From an uncultured Vibrio sp. (lineage in GTDB: Bacteria > Pseudomonadota > Gammaproteobacteria > Enterobacterales > Vibrionaceae): a DNA stretch of 64,000 nucleotides. The notes under the pieces were generated by a model that saw nothing but the letters and a program-made list of their open reading frames with translations, had not been told where the DNA came from and made no database searches. The translations under genes were made by a program, and so were the position numbers. The number at the start of each line of letters is the position of its first letter. Position 1 is the first letter of the stretch. The stretch covers positions 12,574-76,573 of the forward strand of contig CANNGN010000008.1 of assembly GCA_947504195.1 (NCBI GenBank), written 5' to 3'. Below are positions 1 to 9,914 of this stretch, piece after piece.

Positions 1-303
1 GATAGCGGAGAAACTGTAGACAACCGGTAACATAAACCAAAGACGAGCTTTTACCATAGACAAGCTCATCACGAGAGAAACAATGAAACTGATCAAGGAG
101 GCGACATTAAGAATACTTAGGTTTTGGCCACCATGGTTGAAAATCAGGTCGCCTAAAATCCAGCCATGAAAAATAAGCGCAAGTATGGCGCTCAAGAAAA
201 CGGCTTTTACCTTAATTCCAGTCTGGTGTACTAGCCCTGGAATGATGGTAGCAATAGCTAAGCTGTAAAATAACGCTGCTACTATTGCAATGACTTTGTC
301 CAT
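1..303 (-). CDS. ypjD: Inner-membrane YpjD / cytochrome c assembly (CcsA-like) family protein, N-terminal 101 codons; the rest runs off the window
   Basis: Own minus-strand translation from ATG at 303..301: MDKVIAIVAALFYSLAIATIIPGL...GGQNLSILNVASLISF...MLPVVYSFSAI. It is hydrophobic with TM segments and matches remembered E. coli YpjD motifs (PGL, GQNLSLLNVGSL, LLPIVYAF). It also holds the conserved divergent position next to ffh. It is absent from the ORF track because there is no stop inside the window. Confidence 0.75.
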   Translation of the reverse strand, partial: MDKVIAIVAALFYSLAIATIIPGLVHQTGIKVKAVFLSAILALIFHGWILGDLIFNHGGQNLSILNVASLISFIVSLVMSLSMVKARLWFMLPVVYSFSAI

Positions 304-522
304 ATCTCTCTTTGATAGGTGAATTAGAAAGGACATTATACATCGGTAACTTATCGAGAGCTATCATCATTCAAAGAGATTTATAGTTTGATCGCTGTGT
401 TATGAACGTGAAATGTCACTTCATAAGTTGAAAGGTTGGCAACATGGAGTGGTTCGGGTATATATCTATATAAGGCTAAGGTATAATTAAACGAGTGATC
501 GCCTCATAGCGAAGAGAGAAGT

Positions 523-1896
523 ATGTTTGAGAATTTAACGGATCGACTATCCGGTACGCTAAAAAATATTAGCGGTAAAGGTCGTTTAACCGAAGATAAT
601 ATAAAAGAAACACTGCGCGAAGTACGCATGGCTCTGCTCGAGGCCGATGTTGCGCTGCCAGTGGTTCGTGATTTTATTCAGCGCGTGAAAGCCGGTGCGG
701 TTGGCGTTGAAGTTTCTAAGTCTTTAACTCCTGGGCAAGAATTCATAAAGCTAGTTCAAACAGAACTTGAAGCTGTTATGGGGGAGTCCAATGAAGCGCT
801 CGATCTAGCGGCTCAACCACCAGCCGTTGTTTTGATGGCTGGTTTACAAGGTGCGGGTAAAACCACAAGTGTTGGTAAACTCGCTAAGTTGCTAACAGAG
901 CGTGATAAGAAGAAAGTTCTGGTTGTGTCTGCCGATGTTTATCGCCCGGCAGCGATTAAACAGCTTCAAATGCTGGCAGCAGATGTTAGCGTCGACTTCT
1001 TCGAGTCCTCTGCAGATCAAAAGCCAATCGATATTGCTAATGCCGCCGTTGACCATGCGAAGAAGAAGTTCTATGACGTATTGATTGTCGATACGGCAGG
1101 TCGGTTAGCGATTGATGAAGAGATGATGGCGGAGATAAAAGAACTCCACGCAGCTATCACTCCCGTAGAAACACTATTTGTCGTTGATGCAATGACAGGT
1201 CAAGATGCTGCGAATACAGCAAAAGCGTTCGGCGATACACTTCCGTTAACAGGGGTTATCTTAACCAAAGTGGATGGTGATGCTCGTGGTGGTGCGGCAT
1301 TATCTGTGCGTCATGTTACTGGTAAGCCGATTAAATTCTTAGGTGTTGGTGAAAAAACCGATGCATTGGAACCTTTCCATCCGGATCGCGTCGCATCTCG
1401 AATTTTGGGAATGGGCGATGTACTTTCTCTGATCGAAGATTTACAGCGTAATGTTGATCACGATAAAGCAGAGAAACTGGCGAAGAAATTTAAACAGAAA
1501 AAAGGCTTTGACCTAGAAGATTTTCGTGAGCAGTTAGGTCAAATGCAGAATATGGGCGGCATGATGGGCATGATGGATAAGCTTCCAGGAATGTCAAATC
1601 TACCCGCTAATATGAAAGACAAAGTAGACGATAAAATGTTTAAGCAGATGGAGGCCATTATTTCCTCTATGACGATGCATGAACGCCAACGTCCTGATGT
1701 TATTAAAGGTTCGCGCAAAAAGCGGATTGCCGCAGGTTCTGGTACTCAAGTACAGGATGTCAATCGCCTGATTAAGCAATTTACCCAGATGCAAAAAATG
1801 ATGAAGAAAATGCAAAAAGGTGGCATGAAAGGAATGATGCGTAACATGCAAGGGATGATGGGAGGCGGTGGTGGGTTCAACCCATTCGGTCGATAA
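523..1896 (+). CDS. ffh: Signal recognition particle protein Ffh
   Basis: 457 aa. N-terminus MFENLTDRLS. SRP GTPase motifs GLQGAGKTT, DTAGR and TKVDGDARGG. Methionine-rich M domain at the C-terminus. Confidence 0.98.
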   Translation: MFENLTDRLSGTLKNISGKGRLTEDNIKETLREVRMALLEADVALPVVRDFIQRVKAGAVGVEVSKSLTPGQEFIKLVQTELEAVMGESNEALDLAAQPPAVVLMAGLQGAGKTTSVGKLAKLLTERDKKKVLVVSADVYRPAAIKQLQMLAADVSVDFFESSADQKPIDIANAAVDHAKKKFYDVLIVDTAGRLAIDEEMMAEIKELHAAITPVETLFVVDAMTGQDAANTAKAFGDTLPLTGVILTKVDGDARGGAALSVRHVTGKPIKFLGVGEKTDALEPFHPDRVASRILGMGDVLSLIEDLQRNVDHDKAEKLAKKFKQKKGFDLEDFREQLGQMQNMGGMMGMMDKLPGMSNLPANMKDKVDDKMFKQMEAIISSMTMHERQRPDVIKGSRKKRIAAGSGTQVQDVNRLIKQFTQMQKMMKKMQKGGMKGMMRNMQGMMGGGGGFNPFGR

Positions 1897-2058
1897 TCCC
1901 TTTCTAACCATTCATTATTATTGAAATAGTTAAAACCCTTGCATTGCCTCGGAATAAGAGTAAAATTCCGGGGCTTTATTTTGGCACGAGACCCCAAGCT
2001 GATTTTTTGATTAGTTATTGGGGTTAATTTTATTATTGAGAAAGCAAAAGAGGACGAT

Positions 2059-2307
2059 ATGGTAACCATTCGTTTGGCACGTCACGGCGCTAAAAAGCGT
2101 CCATTTTATCAAATTGTAGTTGCGGATAGCCGCAATGCTGCAACTGGCCGTTTCATTGAAAATGTTGGTTTCTTTAACCCAACAGCAACTGGCCAAGAAG
2201 AAGGTCTACGTTTAGATCTAGATCGCGTTAACCATTGGGTTGGTGAAGGCGCATCTCTATCTGATCGCGTAGCTAAGCTAGTTAAAGACGCTCAAAAAGC
2301 GGCTTAA
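2059..2307 (+). CDS. rpsP: 30S ribosomal protein S16
   Basis: 82 aa, [26 protein letters not shown]. First gene of the conserved rpsP-rimM-trmD-rplS operon. Confidence 0.98.
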   Translation: MVTIRLARHGAKKRPFYQIVVADSRNAATGRFIENVGFFNPTATGQEEGLRLDLDRVNHWVGEGASLSDRVAKLVKDAQKAA

Positions 2308-2352
2308 TTTAGCAATTAAAATTTGCGAATGTCTAAGTAGGGTGAATAAGTA

Positions 2353-2883
2353 ATGAGTGAGCAGAGCGAAAAAATTGTTGTTGGGAAGTTCGGAGCTTCT
2401 TACGGCATACGTGGCTGGCTTAAAATTATCTCTTACACAGACAATCAAGAAAGTATTTTTGATTATAGCCCTTGGTTTATTAACCAAAAGGGTGAGTGGG
2501 TCGAATGTAAGGTTGAGAGTTGGAAGCGCCATAACCAAGGTTTGGTGGCTAAATTAGTGGGTTTAGATGTTCGAGAGAATACCAGCCTCTATACCAACTT
2601 AGAGATCTCCATTAACCCAGTATCACTACCAGAATTGTCAGAAGATGAGTTCTACTGGCGTGAATTGTTTGGTATGCAAGTTTTTACAACAAAAGGTTAC
2701 GATCTAGGAACGGTCACTGATCTTTTGGAAACTGGCTCAAATGATGTTCTTGTAGTGAAAGCAAATCTTAAAGATGCTTTCGGTCAAAAGGAACGATTAA
2801 TCCCGTTTCTTGAAGAGCAAGTGATCATATCGATTGATCGCAAAGCTCAACGGATCGAAGTTGACTGGGATCCTGGATTTTAG
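2353..2883 (+). CDS. rimM: Ribosome maturation factor RimM
   Basis: 176 aa. [14 protein letters not shown] and C-terminal EVDWDPGF match E. coli RimM. Operon position fits. Confidence 0.95.
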   Translation: MSEQSEKIVVGKFGASYGIRGWLKIISYTDNQESIFDYSPWFINQKGEWVECKVESWKRHNQGLVAKLVGLDVRENTSLYTNLEISINPVSLPELSEDEFYWRELFGMQVFTTKGYDLGTVTDLLETGSNDVLVVKANLKDAFGQKERLIPFLEEQVIISIDRKAQRIEVDWDPGF

Positions 2884-2909
2884 TTTCCCCAAACGGAGCG
2901 TAATAACAT

Positions 2910-3653
2910 ATGTGGGTTGGCGTAATTAGCCTATTTCCGGAAATGTTTCGTTCTGTTACTGATTTTGGGGTAACAGGTCAAGCGGTAAAACGAGGCCTTT
3001 TATCGATAAATGTTTGGAACCCTAGGGATTTCACTCACGATAAACATCGAACAGTCGATGATAAGCCTTACGGTGGTGGACCGGGAATGTTGATGATGGT
3101 GCAACCGTTAACGGATGCGATTCAAGCAGCAAAAGAGGCCGCACCGGGAAAAACGAAAGTCATTTATCTTTCACCTCAAGGTCGAAAACTTGATCAACAA
3201 GGTGTTGAAGAGCTGGCGACAAATGAAAATATGATTTTAATTTGTGGTCGTTATGAAGGGATAGATGAGCGTGTAATCGAATCGCATGTTGACGAAGAAT
3301 GGTCGATTGGTGATTTCGTAATGACAGGTGGAGAGTTACCCGCGATGACGTTGGTCGATTCAGCCGTTCGGTTTATTCCGGGGGTGTTGGGAGATTACGC
3401 ATCAGCAGAAGAAGACTCTTTTGCGAATGGGTTACTTGATTGTCCGCATTATACACGCCCTGAAAATTTGTATGGAAATGAAGTGCCTGCGGTACTCAAA
3501 TCCGGAAATCATCAGGACATTCGTCAATGGCGGTTAAAGAAATCGTTAGGCCGGACCTGGCTAAGAAGACCAGAACTCCTGGAAAACCTAGCTCTGACTG
3601 ACGAACAGGAAGCGTTACTTGCTGAGTTTATAAAAGAACTCAAAGTGAAGTAA
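2910..3653 (+). CDS. trmD: tRNA (guanine37-N1)-methyltransferase TrmD
   Basis: 247 aa. [26 protein letters not shown] and [16 protein letters not shown] are near-identical to E. coli TrmD. Confidence 0.98.
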   Translation: MWVGVISLFPEMFRSVTDFGVTGQAVKRGLLSINVWNPRDFTHDKHRTVDDKPYGGGPGMLMMVQPLTDAIQAAKEAAPGKTKVIYLSPQGRKLDQQGVEELATNENMILICGRYEGIDERVIESHVDEEWSIGDFVMTGGELPAMTLVDSAVRFIPGVLGDYASAEEDSFANGLLDCPHYTRPENLYGNEVPAVLKSGNHQDIRQWRLKKSLGRTWLRRPELLENLALTDEQEALLAEFIKELKVK

Positions 3654-3694
3654 CCAATTTTATTTAGTATCAGTTTATTCTAGGAATTTAAAAA

Positions 3695-4048
3695 ATGAGT
3701 AATATCATCAAGGCTCTTGAAGAAGAGCAAATGAAGCAAGACCTACCAAAATTTGCACCAGGTGACACTGTGGTTGTTCAAGTTAAGGTAAAAGAAGGTG
3801 AGCGTGAGCGTCTACAGGCATTTGAAGGTGTTGTAATCGCTATTCGTAACCGTGGTCTTCACTCTGCTTTCACCGTACGTAAGATTTCGAATGGTGAAGG
3901 TGTTGAGCGTACGTTCCAAACTCACTCTCCAATAGTGAATAGCATCGAAGTTAAACGTCGTGGTGCAGTACGTCGTGCCAAGTTGTACTACCTACGTGAA
4001 CGTTCAGGTAAGTCTGCTCGTATTAAAGAGAAACTTACTAGAAAATAA
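3695..4048 (+). CDS. rplS: 50S ribosomal protein L19
   Basis: 117 aa. [14 protein letters not shown]...[13 protein letters not shown]. Last gene of the trmD operon. Confidence 0.98.
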   Translation: MSNIIKALEEEQMKQDLPKFAPGDTVVVQVKVKEGERERLQAFEGVVIAIRNRGLHSAFTVRKISNGEGVERTFQTHSPIVNSIEVKRRGAVRRAKLYYLRERSGKSARIKEKLTRK

Positions 4049-4072
4049 TGCTTTCACAAGCGTTCTCAAAGT

Positions 4073-4102
4073 AAAAACGGAGCCAATTGGCTCCGTTTTT
4101 TT
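4073..4102. terminator. Bidirectional Rho-independent terminator between convergent rplS and degS
   Basis: Stem cggagcc (4078..4084), loop aatt, stem ggctccg (4089..4095). Flanked by an A-run upstream and T7 downstream, so it can terminate either strand. Confidence 0.85.
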
Positions 4103-4137
4103 ATATCTGCTTTTATATGATATCGCGGTTGCTATCA

Positions 4138-5199
4138 TTAAATTCGAGTATCTTCGGCTATTGTGACTGGAATTGTAATCTCTTGTCCATCTCTGAGTGC
4201 GATAACGTTAACCGTGATTCCCGGCCTAAGATCCGTCACTAAATCCATAACACTTTGACGTCCTATAATGTCATGTCCATCAATTTTAATAATAATGTCC
4301 TGAACTTTAAATCCAGCTTTAAACGCTGGCCCATTGGGATCCATTCCCAATACTACAATCCCGCCATTATATTTTCCACCTAGCAATCGAGATGTTAGAG
4401 AACTGATATCTTGCCCATCGATACCAATATAGCCTCGAATAACACGACCATCAGCGATGATTTTTTCCATGATCTTGTTGGCGAGAAGATAAGGGATAGC
4501 AAAAGAAATACCGTAGGTTTCTAAATCAGTCGCTTGTTGAAAGGAAGCAGTATTGATACCAACGAGTTCACCTTGAGTATTGACTAATGCTCCGCCAGAA
4601 TTACCTTCGTTAATCGCAGCATCAGTTTGAATAAAAGCTTGACGCCCATCAGCACTAATTGAAGATCGTCCTGTTGCAGATATTATTCCAAAAGTGGTTG
4701 TCTGCCCTAAATTATAAGGGTTGCCTATTGCTAACACGACATCACCAACTTGAGGAGAATATTGTGGGTTTAAGGGAATAACAGGAAGATTACTCCCTTC
4801 GATATGAAGAATGGCAATATCGGTGCGACGATCTTGCCCAACAACCTGAGCGGCGGCGATACGACCATCTTGCAGCGCGACAATAATTTGATCAGCCTGT
4901 GCTACTACATGGTAGTTAGTCACAATATAGCCTTTTTCACTGACAATAACCCCAGAGCCTAGGCCCTGAGTTGAAAGCTTTGTTCGATCACTTTCAGTAT
5001 ATTTTCGACTGTAAATATTGACTACGGCAGGAGCGGCTTTACTTACTGCTTGATTAAACGATAGTTGCAGCGAAGCAATGTCTTTGGGTTGGTTAGTTAA
5101 CTGAGGAATCGTAACTTGGCTTCGCAGGCTTGGCACGCTAATCACAACTACAAGCGCTGCGATAAGCCCTAACCCTAGAGACCGAAGTAAGTAATTCAA
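4138..5199 (-). CDS. degS: Outer-membrane-stress sensor serine endopeptidase DegS
   Basis: 353 aa. N-terminal membrane anchor, trypsin-like core with GNSGGALVN, single PDZ. Collinear with E. coli DegS (IIVALQDGR, VVLAIGNPYNLGQT). Confidence 0.95.
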   Translation of the reverse strand: MNYLLRSLGLGLIAALVVVISVPSLRSQVTIPQLTNQPKDIASLQLSFNQAVSKAAPAVVNIYSRKYTESDRTKLSTQGLGSGVIVSEKGYIVTNYHVVAQADQIIVALQDGRIAAAQVVGQDRRTDIAILHIEGSNLPVIPLNPQYSPQVGDVVLAIGNPYNLGQTTTFGIISATGRSSISADGRQAFIQTDAAINEGNSGGALVNTQGELVGINTASFQQATDLETYGISFAIPYLLANKIMEKIIADGRVIRGYIGIDGQDISSLTSRLLGGKYNGGIVVLGMDPNGPAFKAGFKVQDIIIKIDGHDIIGRQSVMDLVTDLRPGITVNVIALRDGQEITIPVTIAEDTRI

Positions 5200-5269
5200 A
5201 GTGATATCCTCAATTGAAGCGAATGATTATCTTAACATAATTAATTAAGTGCTAGATTAGCACTAGATA

Positions 5270-5310
5270 CCAAAATAGAAAATGAGCTTATCGTACAGAT
5301 AAGCTCATTT
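5270..5310 (-). terminator. Rho-independent terminator downstream of degQ
   Basis: Plus-strand aatgagcttatcgtacagataagctcatt forms a long hairpin. On the minus strand it is followed by ttctatttt. Confidence 0.75.
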
Positions 5311-5339
5311 CTCGGTAAGGTTTAATAAATATCAATTAT

Positions 5340-6704
5340 TTAGCGAACGACAAGGTAAATACTCTGCTCGCCACGTTGAATATTCAGTGCCAAAATAGAC
5401 GGATTTTGATCAAGAATAGACCGAAGTTGTGCAATGTTGGAGACTCGATGTCGATTGACGCCAACGATAATATCTCCTTCTTTTAATTGATAACTTTCGG
5501 CTGAGGATCCTTTCGCAACAGAAGTGACTTTGACACCTTGTATTGTGTCATTCGAATTCGTATTGGAGAGTTCCGCACCTGTTAGCCCTTCATGAAGAGA
5601 TTTGGCTTCCGTTTTTACATCAGTTTGTTCACCAAGAGTGATATCGAAACTCAATGATTCGCCATCTCGCAGTACGCCTAGAGACACCTCTTTTCCTGCT
5701 CCGAGTGTCGCAACTTTCGCTCGAAGTTCGCCAAATGTATTTATTGATTTATCGTTGATAGAAACGATAATATCTCCGGCTTCCAGCCCTGCTTCATCGG
5801 CTGCGCTATCAGGTACTACTTGACTAACGAAAGCGCCTTTATTGGACTCATACCCCATCGCTTCCGCAAGTTCAGAAGTAATTTCTCCTCCTTGAACCCC
5901 AAGCATTCCTCGTTTAACTTCACCAAATTCTAAAATTTGGTCAGTGAGGTTTTTCATCATATTTGATGGAATTGCAAAGCCAATCCCAACGTTACCACCA
6001 CTGGGACCTAAAATTGCAGTGTTAATACCAATCAATTCACCATTTAAGTTAACTAATGCACCGCCAGAGTTACCACTATTAATTGCGGCATCAGTCTGAA
6101 TAAAGTTCTCGAAATTCTCTATATTAAGTCCACTGCGTCCCAATGCTGAAACAATCCCTGAAGTTACGGTTTGTCCAAGACCGAATGGGTTACCAATCGC
6201 GACTGTGAAATCACCTACATTCAGCTTATCTGAATCGGCTATTGATACTTGGGTGAGGTTTTTTGCATTGTCTAACTTAACCAAAGCGATATCAGACATT
6301 TTATCTGCGCCAACTAGCTCTGCTTGGTATTCTTTCCCATCATGCAGTTGTACGGTGATTTTATCGGCTTTGTTAATGACATGAAAGTTAGTCACAACAT
6401 ACCCTTTTTCCGCATCGATGATCACACCAGAGCCTAATGCATGAAACGGACGTTGTTGTAACTGTTCGGTTGGAAAGTTAGGACCAAAGAAAAACCTAAA
6501 TTGTTCAGGGACCTGTCGCTGGGCTGTTTGAGTCCCTTCTACTGCAATACTCACGACAGCAGGCATGACTTGCTGAAGCATTGGGGATAAGCTAGGAAGT
6601 TGTTGACCATCGACTGTCACAGGAAGTACTGCGGATGCTGGAGGTGCGACGAAAGAACTAATACAAAGAGAAAGTGTAGTTAATGCGAGTAAAGATTTTT
6701 TCAT
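5340..6704 (-). CDS. degQ: Periplasmic serine endoprotease DegQ (DegP/HtrA family)
   Basis: 454 aa. Signal peptide MKKSLLALTTLSLCISSFVAPPASA, GNSGGALVNLNGELIGINT, two PDZ domains. Adjacent to degS as in E. coli. Confidence 0.93.
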   Translation of the reverse strand: MKKSLLALTTLSLCISSFVAPPASAVLPVTVDGQQLPSLSPMLQQVMPAVVSIAVEGTQTAQRQVPEQFRFFFGPNFPTEQLQQRPFHALGSGVIIDAEKGYVVTNFHVINKADKITVQLHDGKEYQAELVGADKMSDIALVKLDNAKNLTQVSIADSDKLNVGDFTVAIGNPFGLGQTVTSGIVSALGRSGLNIENFENFIQTDAAINSGNSGGALVNLNGELIGINTAILGPSGGNVGIGFAIPSNMMKNLTDQILEFGEVKRGMLGVQGGEITSELAEAMGYESNKGAFVSQVVPDSAADEAGLEAGDIIVSINDKSINTFGELRAKVATLGAGKEVSLGVLRDGESLSFDITLGEQTDVKTEAKSLHEGLTGAELSNTNSNDTIQGVKVTSVAKGSSAESYQLKEGDIIVGVNRHRVSNIAQLRSILDQNPSILALNIQRGEQSIYLVVR

Positions 6705-6838
6705 GCTATGACTCCTATGAAAATAGAACCCAGATTAGTATCAACTATCTGGGTAATTATAAACTCTCAATAGTTTGTGGAGTTTAGGACTCAAAAATCT
6801 TTACAAAGTTCACGAAAATAATTTAGTTATTTCTTTTT

Positions 6839-7276
6839 CTACGAATCTTTTTCGGTGACAGAAGGTTTATCCTCTGGTTTTAATAATCCTGAAGAACCTT
6901 TAGCATAGTCTTTAGGTTGAGTTTCCGTTGACGTGCTGTCGTTTACCTCTGTTTCTGTCGTTACTTTATTCTTTTTCTCAATAGTTTTGATAAATGGATT
7001 ATCTTGTTCAGGGATATTGGGAATCAGTTCCGAAGAGCTTTTTGCGAGGTGTTGGTAAAGTTTTGTATAGTCTTTACCAATGGTATCTAACATACCTGCA
7101 GTTTGAGAAAAATGATCCATTAGTTCTTGGCGTTGTTGTTCAAGAGCAAATTTTGAAGCATCGAGTTCTTTTTGTATCGACTTCTGATTTTTGTATTGTG
7201 GAGCAGTAATGCGGGAAACGATCGCTCCGACAACACAGCCAACTAATAGCCCGACAATGGCATACATCCAAGGCAT
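6839..7276 (-). CDS. yhcB: YhcB (ZapG, DUF1043) inner-membrane protein
   Basis: 145 aa. Single N-terminal TM (MPWMYAIVGLLVGCVVGAIVSR) followed by a coiled-coil/acidic tail. Conserved position between degQ and zapE. Confidence 0.85.
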   Translation of the reverse strand: MPWMYAIVGLLVGCVVGAIVSRITAPQYKNQKSIQKELDASKFALEQQRQELMDHFSQTAGMLDTIGKDYTKLYQHLAKSSSELIPNIPEQDNPFIKTIEKKNKVTTETEVNDSTSTETQPKDYAKGSSGLLKPEDKPSVTEKDS

Positions 7277-7417
7277 AAATTCTCCTTCCTGTTGTTATTT
7301 AACATATGTTTTACCACTTGGTTACACATGCAGTTTGGACATGGTACTATGAGTTCATAGACCGATAAAGTGAAACTCGGTATTTGAAAATTAACTCTTA
7401 CCACAACCACATTCTAT

Positions 7418-8539
7418 ATGATTTTTATGACTCCAAAGCAACGTTACCTTCATGATATTGAAAAAAATACGATAAAACCTGACAGTGCGCAAGCAATGGC
7501 TGTCGATGCGCTCGAGCATTTGTATCAAGAGTATGCTTTATTTTTAGAACAGGAGCCTCAAAAGAAACCAACGTTTTTGGAGCGGATTACTGGGAAAAAA
7601 GCAGAGAGTAAAACACCGCCTAAAGGTCTTTATATGTGGGGAGGTGTTGGACGTGGCAAGACGTATCTGATGGATGCATTTTTTGATACGTTAACGCCTT
7701 CAAAAAATATGCGTATTCACTTTCATCGCTTTATGTATCGTGTTCATGAGGAACTTGCTCAATTAGACGACACGTCTGATCCATTATTGATAGTGGCAGA
7801 TCGTCTTAAAGCTGAAGCTGATATTATCTGTTTTGATGAATTCTATGTCTCCGATATTACCGATGCCATGATCCTTGGAACTTTGTTTGAAGCACTATTT
7901 GCTCGTGGTGTTATATTGGTCGCGACGTCGAATATTCCTCCAAGTGAATTATACCGCAATGGATTACAACGAGCTCGCTTTATGCCAGCAATCAAACTGA
8001 TCGAACAAAACTGCCAAATAATCAATGTCGATAGTGGTGTCGATTATCGACTACGAACTCTAGAAAACGCTGACATTTATCACTCGCCAAATGATGACCT
8101 AGCAATGGAGCATTTGCAGGAGTATTTTGCTCAACTTGTTGGTCACCCCTGGGCAAAAGAACAATCAGTATCTATTGATGTTAATCATCGTCAAGTTGAT
8201 GTGATTAATGCATCTAATGGCGTTCTTTTTGCTAATTTTGAACAGCTTTGTCAGACAGCCAGAAGCCAAAACGATTACATTGAGCTGTCAAAAGTCTACC
8301 ATACGGTTTTACTTAGTGATGTGAAGCAGATGGATAGAAGTCTTGATGATGCTGCACGCCGATTTATCGCATTGGTTGATGAGTTTTATGAGCGTAAAGT
8401 GAAACTGATTATTTCAGCAGAAGTTGAACTAGAGTCTCTTTATACCTCTGGACAACTTGAGTTTGAATTTAAGCGTTGCTGCTCAAGGTTGACCGAAATG
8501 CAGAGTAGAGATTACTTGTCAGAGGCTCATTTGACATAA
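7418..8539 (+). CDS. zapE: Cell division protein ZapE (AFG1-like ATPase, YhcM)
   Basis: 373 aa. Walker A GGVGRGKT, CFDEFYVSDITDAM, RRFIALVDEFYERKVKL are collinear with E. coli ZapE. The start could instead be the ATG at 7427. Confidence 0.93.
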   Translation: MIFMTPKQRYLHDIEKNTIKPDSAQAMAVDALEHLYQEYALFLEQEPQKKPTFLERITGKKAESKTPPKGLYMWGGVGRGKTYLMDAFFDTLTPSKNMRIHFHRFMYRVHEELAQLDDTSDPLLIVADRLKAEADIICFDEFYVSDITDAMILGTLFEALFARGVILVATSNIPPSELYRNGLQRARFMPAIKLIEQNCQIINVDSGVDYRLRTLENADIYHSPNDDLAMEHLQEYFAQLVGHPWAKEQSVSIDVNHRQVDVINASNGVLFANFEQLCQTARSQNDYIELSKVYHTVLLSDVKQMDRSLDDAARRFIALVDEFYERKVKLIISAEVELESLYTSGQLEFEFKRCCSRLTEMQSRDYLSEAHLT

Positions 8540-8595
8540 TAAAAAGGAAGAGAGATGTTTTTTTATTCTTTTGCTTCTTTAAGTCAAAAAAAAAG

Positions 8596-8624
8596 ATGAT
8601 TTTTTCTGCGCTCTTCTCTATAAT
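8596..8624 (+). promoter_or_regulatory. Candidate rplM-rpsI promoter (perfect -10 TATAAT, A-tract UP-like element)
   Basis: TATAAT at 8619..8624. Weak -35 (gatgat/atgatt) preceded by gtcaaaaaaaaag. It would give a leader of roughly 140 nt before rplM. Confidence 0.45.
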
Positions 8625-8769
8625 CCTGCGACCCACCGTTACTGCAGGCTAATTTCTTTGGAAATATAGCCGAGAGTGCCAACCACTCGAAGGGGTGATG
8701 TACGGGCTCTTAGACAGTGGGAGCATTAGCTCCTTAAGTGTAAATTTAATTATATGGGTTATTATTAGC

Positions 8770-9198
8770 ATGAAAACTTTCGTTGCTAAACCAGAAACCG
8801 TTAAACGCGACTGGTATGTTGTAGACGCAGAGGGAAAAACTCTAGGCCGTCTCGCAAGTGAAATTGCATCTCGCCTACGTGGCAAACATAAAGCTGAATA
8901 TACTCCTCACGTTGATACTGGTGATTACATCATCGTTGTAAACGCAGAGAAAATTACTGTTACAGGTAATAAAGGTGAAGGTAAGATTTACTACCGTCAC
9001 ACTGAATTCCCTGGTGGTTTAAAGTCAACTTCTTTCAATAAGTTAATTGACTACAAACCTGAAATGGTAATCGAGCTAGCGGTTAAAGGTATGCTACCAC
9101 GTGGTCCTCTAGGCCGTGCTATGTACCGTAAGCTTAAAGTTTACGCTGGTGCTGAGCACAACCATGTTGCTCAACAACCAACAGTACTAGACATCTAA
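8770..9198 (+). CDS. rplM: 50S ribosomal protein L13
   Basis: The ORF-track frame 8695..9198 is 5'-extended. The homologous N-terminus [20 protein letters not shown] starts at ATG 8770 (142 aa). Confidence 0.97.
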   Translation: MKTFVAKPETVKRDWYVVDAEGKTLGRLASEIASRLRGKHKAEYTPHVDTGDYIIVVNAEKITVTGNKGEGKIYYRHTEFPGGLKSTSFNKLIDYKPEMVIELAVKGMLPRGPLGRAMYRKLKVYAGAEHNHVAQQPTVLDI

Positions 9199-9213
9199 TT
9201 GGGGATTTCGAAA

Positions 9214-9606
9214 ATGGCAGAGAATCAATACTACGGCACTGGCCGTCGCAAAAGCTCAGCTGCGCGTGTTTTTATCAAACCAGGCAGCGGCAACATCGTA
9301 ATCAATAAGCGTACTCTTGATGAGTATTTTGGTCGTCCAACTTCTCGTATGGTTGTTAAACAGCCTCTAGAGCTAGTTGAAATGGTTGAAAAGCTAGACC
9401 TATACATCACTGTTAAAGGTGGTGGTATTTCTGGTCAAGCTGGTGCGATCCGTCACGGTATCACACGCGCTCTAATGGAATATGACGAATCTCTACGTCC
9501 TACTCTACGTTCTGCGGGTTATGTAACTCGTGATGCTCGTAAAGTTGAGCGTAAGAAAGTTGGTTTACGTAAAGCACGTCGTCGTCCACAGTTCTCTAAA
9601 CGTTAA
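9214..9606 (+). CDS. rpsI: 30S ribosomal protein S9
   Basis: The track ORF starts at TTG 9199. The conserved N-terminus [13 protein letters not shown] starts at ATG 9214 (130 aa). Ends ...RRPQFSKR. Confidence 0.97.
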   Translation: MAENQYYGTGRRKSSAARVFIKPGSGNIVINKRTLDEYFGRPTSRMVVKQPLELVEMVEKLDLYITVKGGGISGQAGAIRHGITRALMEYDESLRPTLRSAGYVTRDARKVERKKVGLRKARRRPQFSKR

Positions 9607-9652
9607 TCTTATTTCAAGATTATCGGGCAGATTACTGCTTACTATGTGCTAC

Positions 9653-9680
9653 AAAAGCTCGACCTTGGTCGAGCTTTTTT
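9653..9680 (+). terminator. Rho-independent terminator after rpsI
   Basis: aaaagctcgaccttggtcgagctttttt: GC-rich stem gctcgac/gtcgagc plus T6. Confidence 0.85.
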
Positions 9681-9914
9681 GTATTTATAATTCGTCATAT
9701 TTTTCAATTATTTTTTGCTCAAAATTTCTATAATGCTATGAACGTGACATTTCCTGCATAAATGTTACAGAAAAGTAGCTTTACCTTGTCAAAAAGTAGG
9801 GTTTTATTTATCCTCGTCAACAAAATAAATATAACGAATTCCAGTTTAGTTAGCCGAGTTCGACTTTTAGAGTGTCTATACTTTTGAAGAGAGAGCCGAT
9901 GGGAGAGTTTTTGG

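Noticed and set aside
1981-1998. TGGCAC (ttggcacgagaccccaagc) upstream of rpsP, which resembles the -24 element of a sigma54 promoter.
   Set aside because: There is no TTGCA -12 element at the required spacing. The region already has a plausible sigma70 promoter (TTGCAT-16-TAAAAT at about 1949..1976).
8555-8599. A 14-codon mini-ORF (MFFYSFASLSQKKR) with a GGAAGAGAG Shine-Dalgarno-like sequence just after zapE.
   Set aside because: It is too short and low in complexity (T- and A-runs). It lies upstream of the likely rplM promoter, and nothing beyond the purine-rich stretch supports it.
8695-8769. 5'-extended ORF-track starts for rplM (8695), rpsI (9199), rsmI (17159), lpoA (17196), rsmH (18675), murE (21686), dapB (38916) and gltB-2 (60459).
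   Set aside because: The extensions add non-conserved residues, overlap neighbouring genes or leaders, and often use non-ATG codons. The homologue N-termini align to internal ATGs (8770, 9214, 17225, 17160, 18735, 21755, 38964, 60429).
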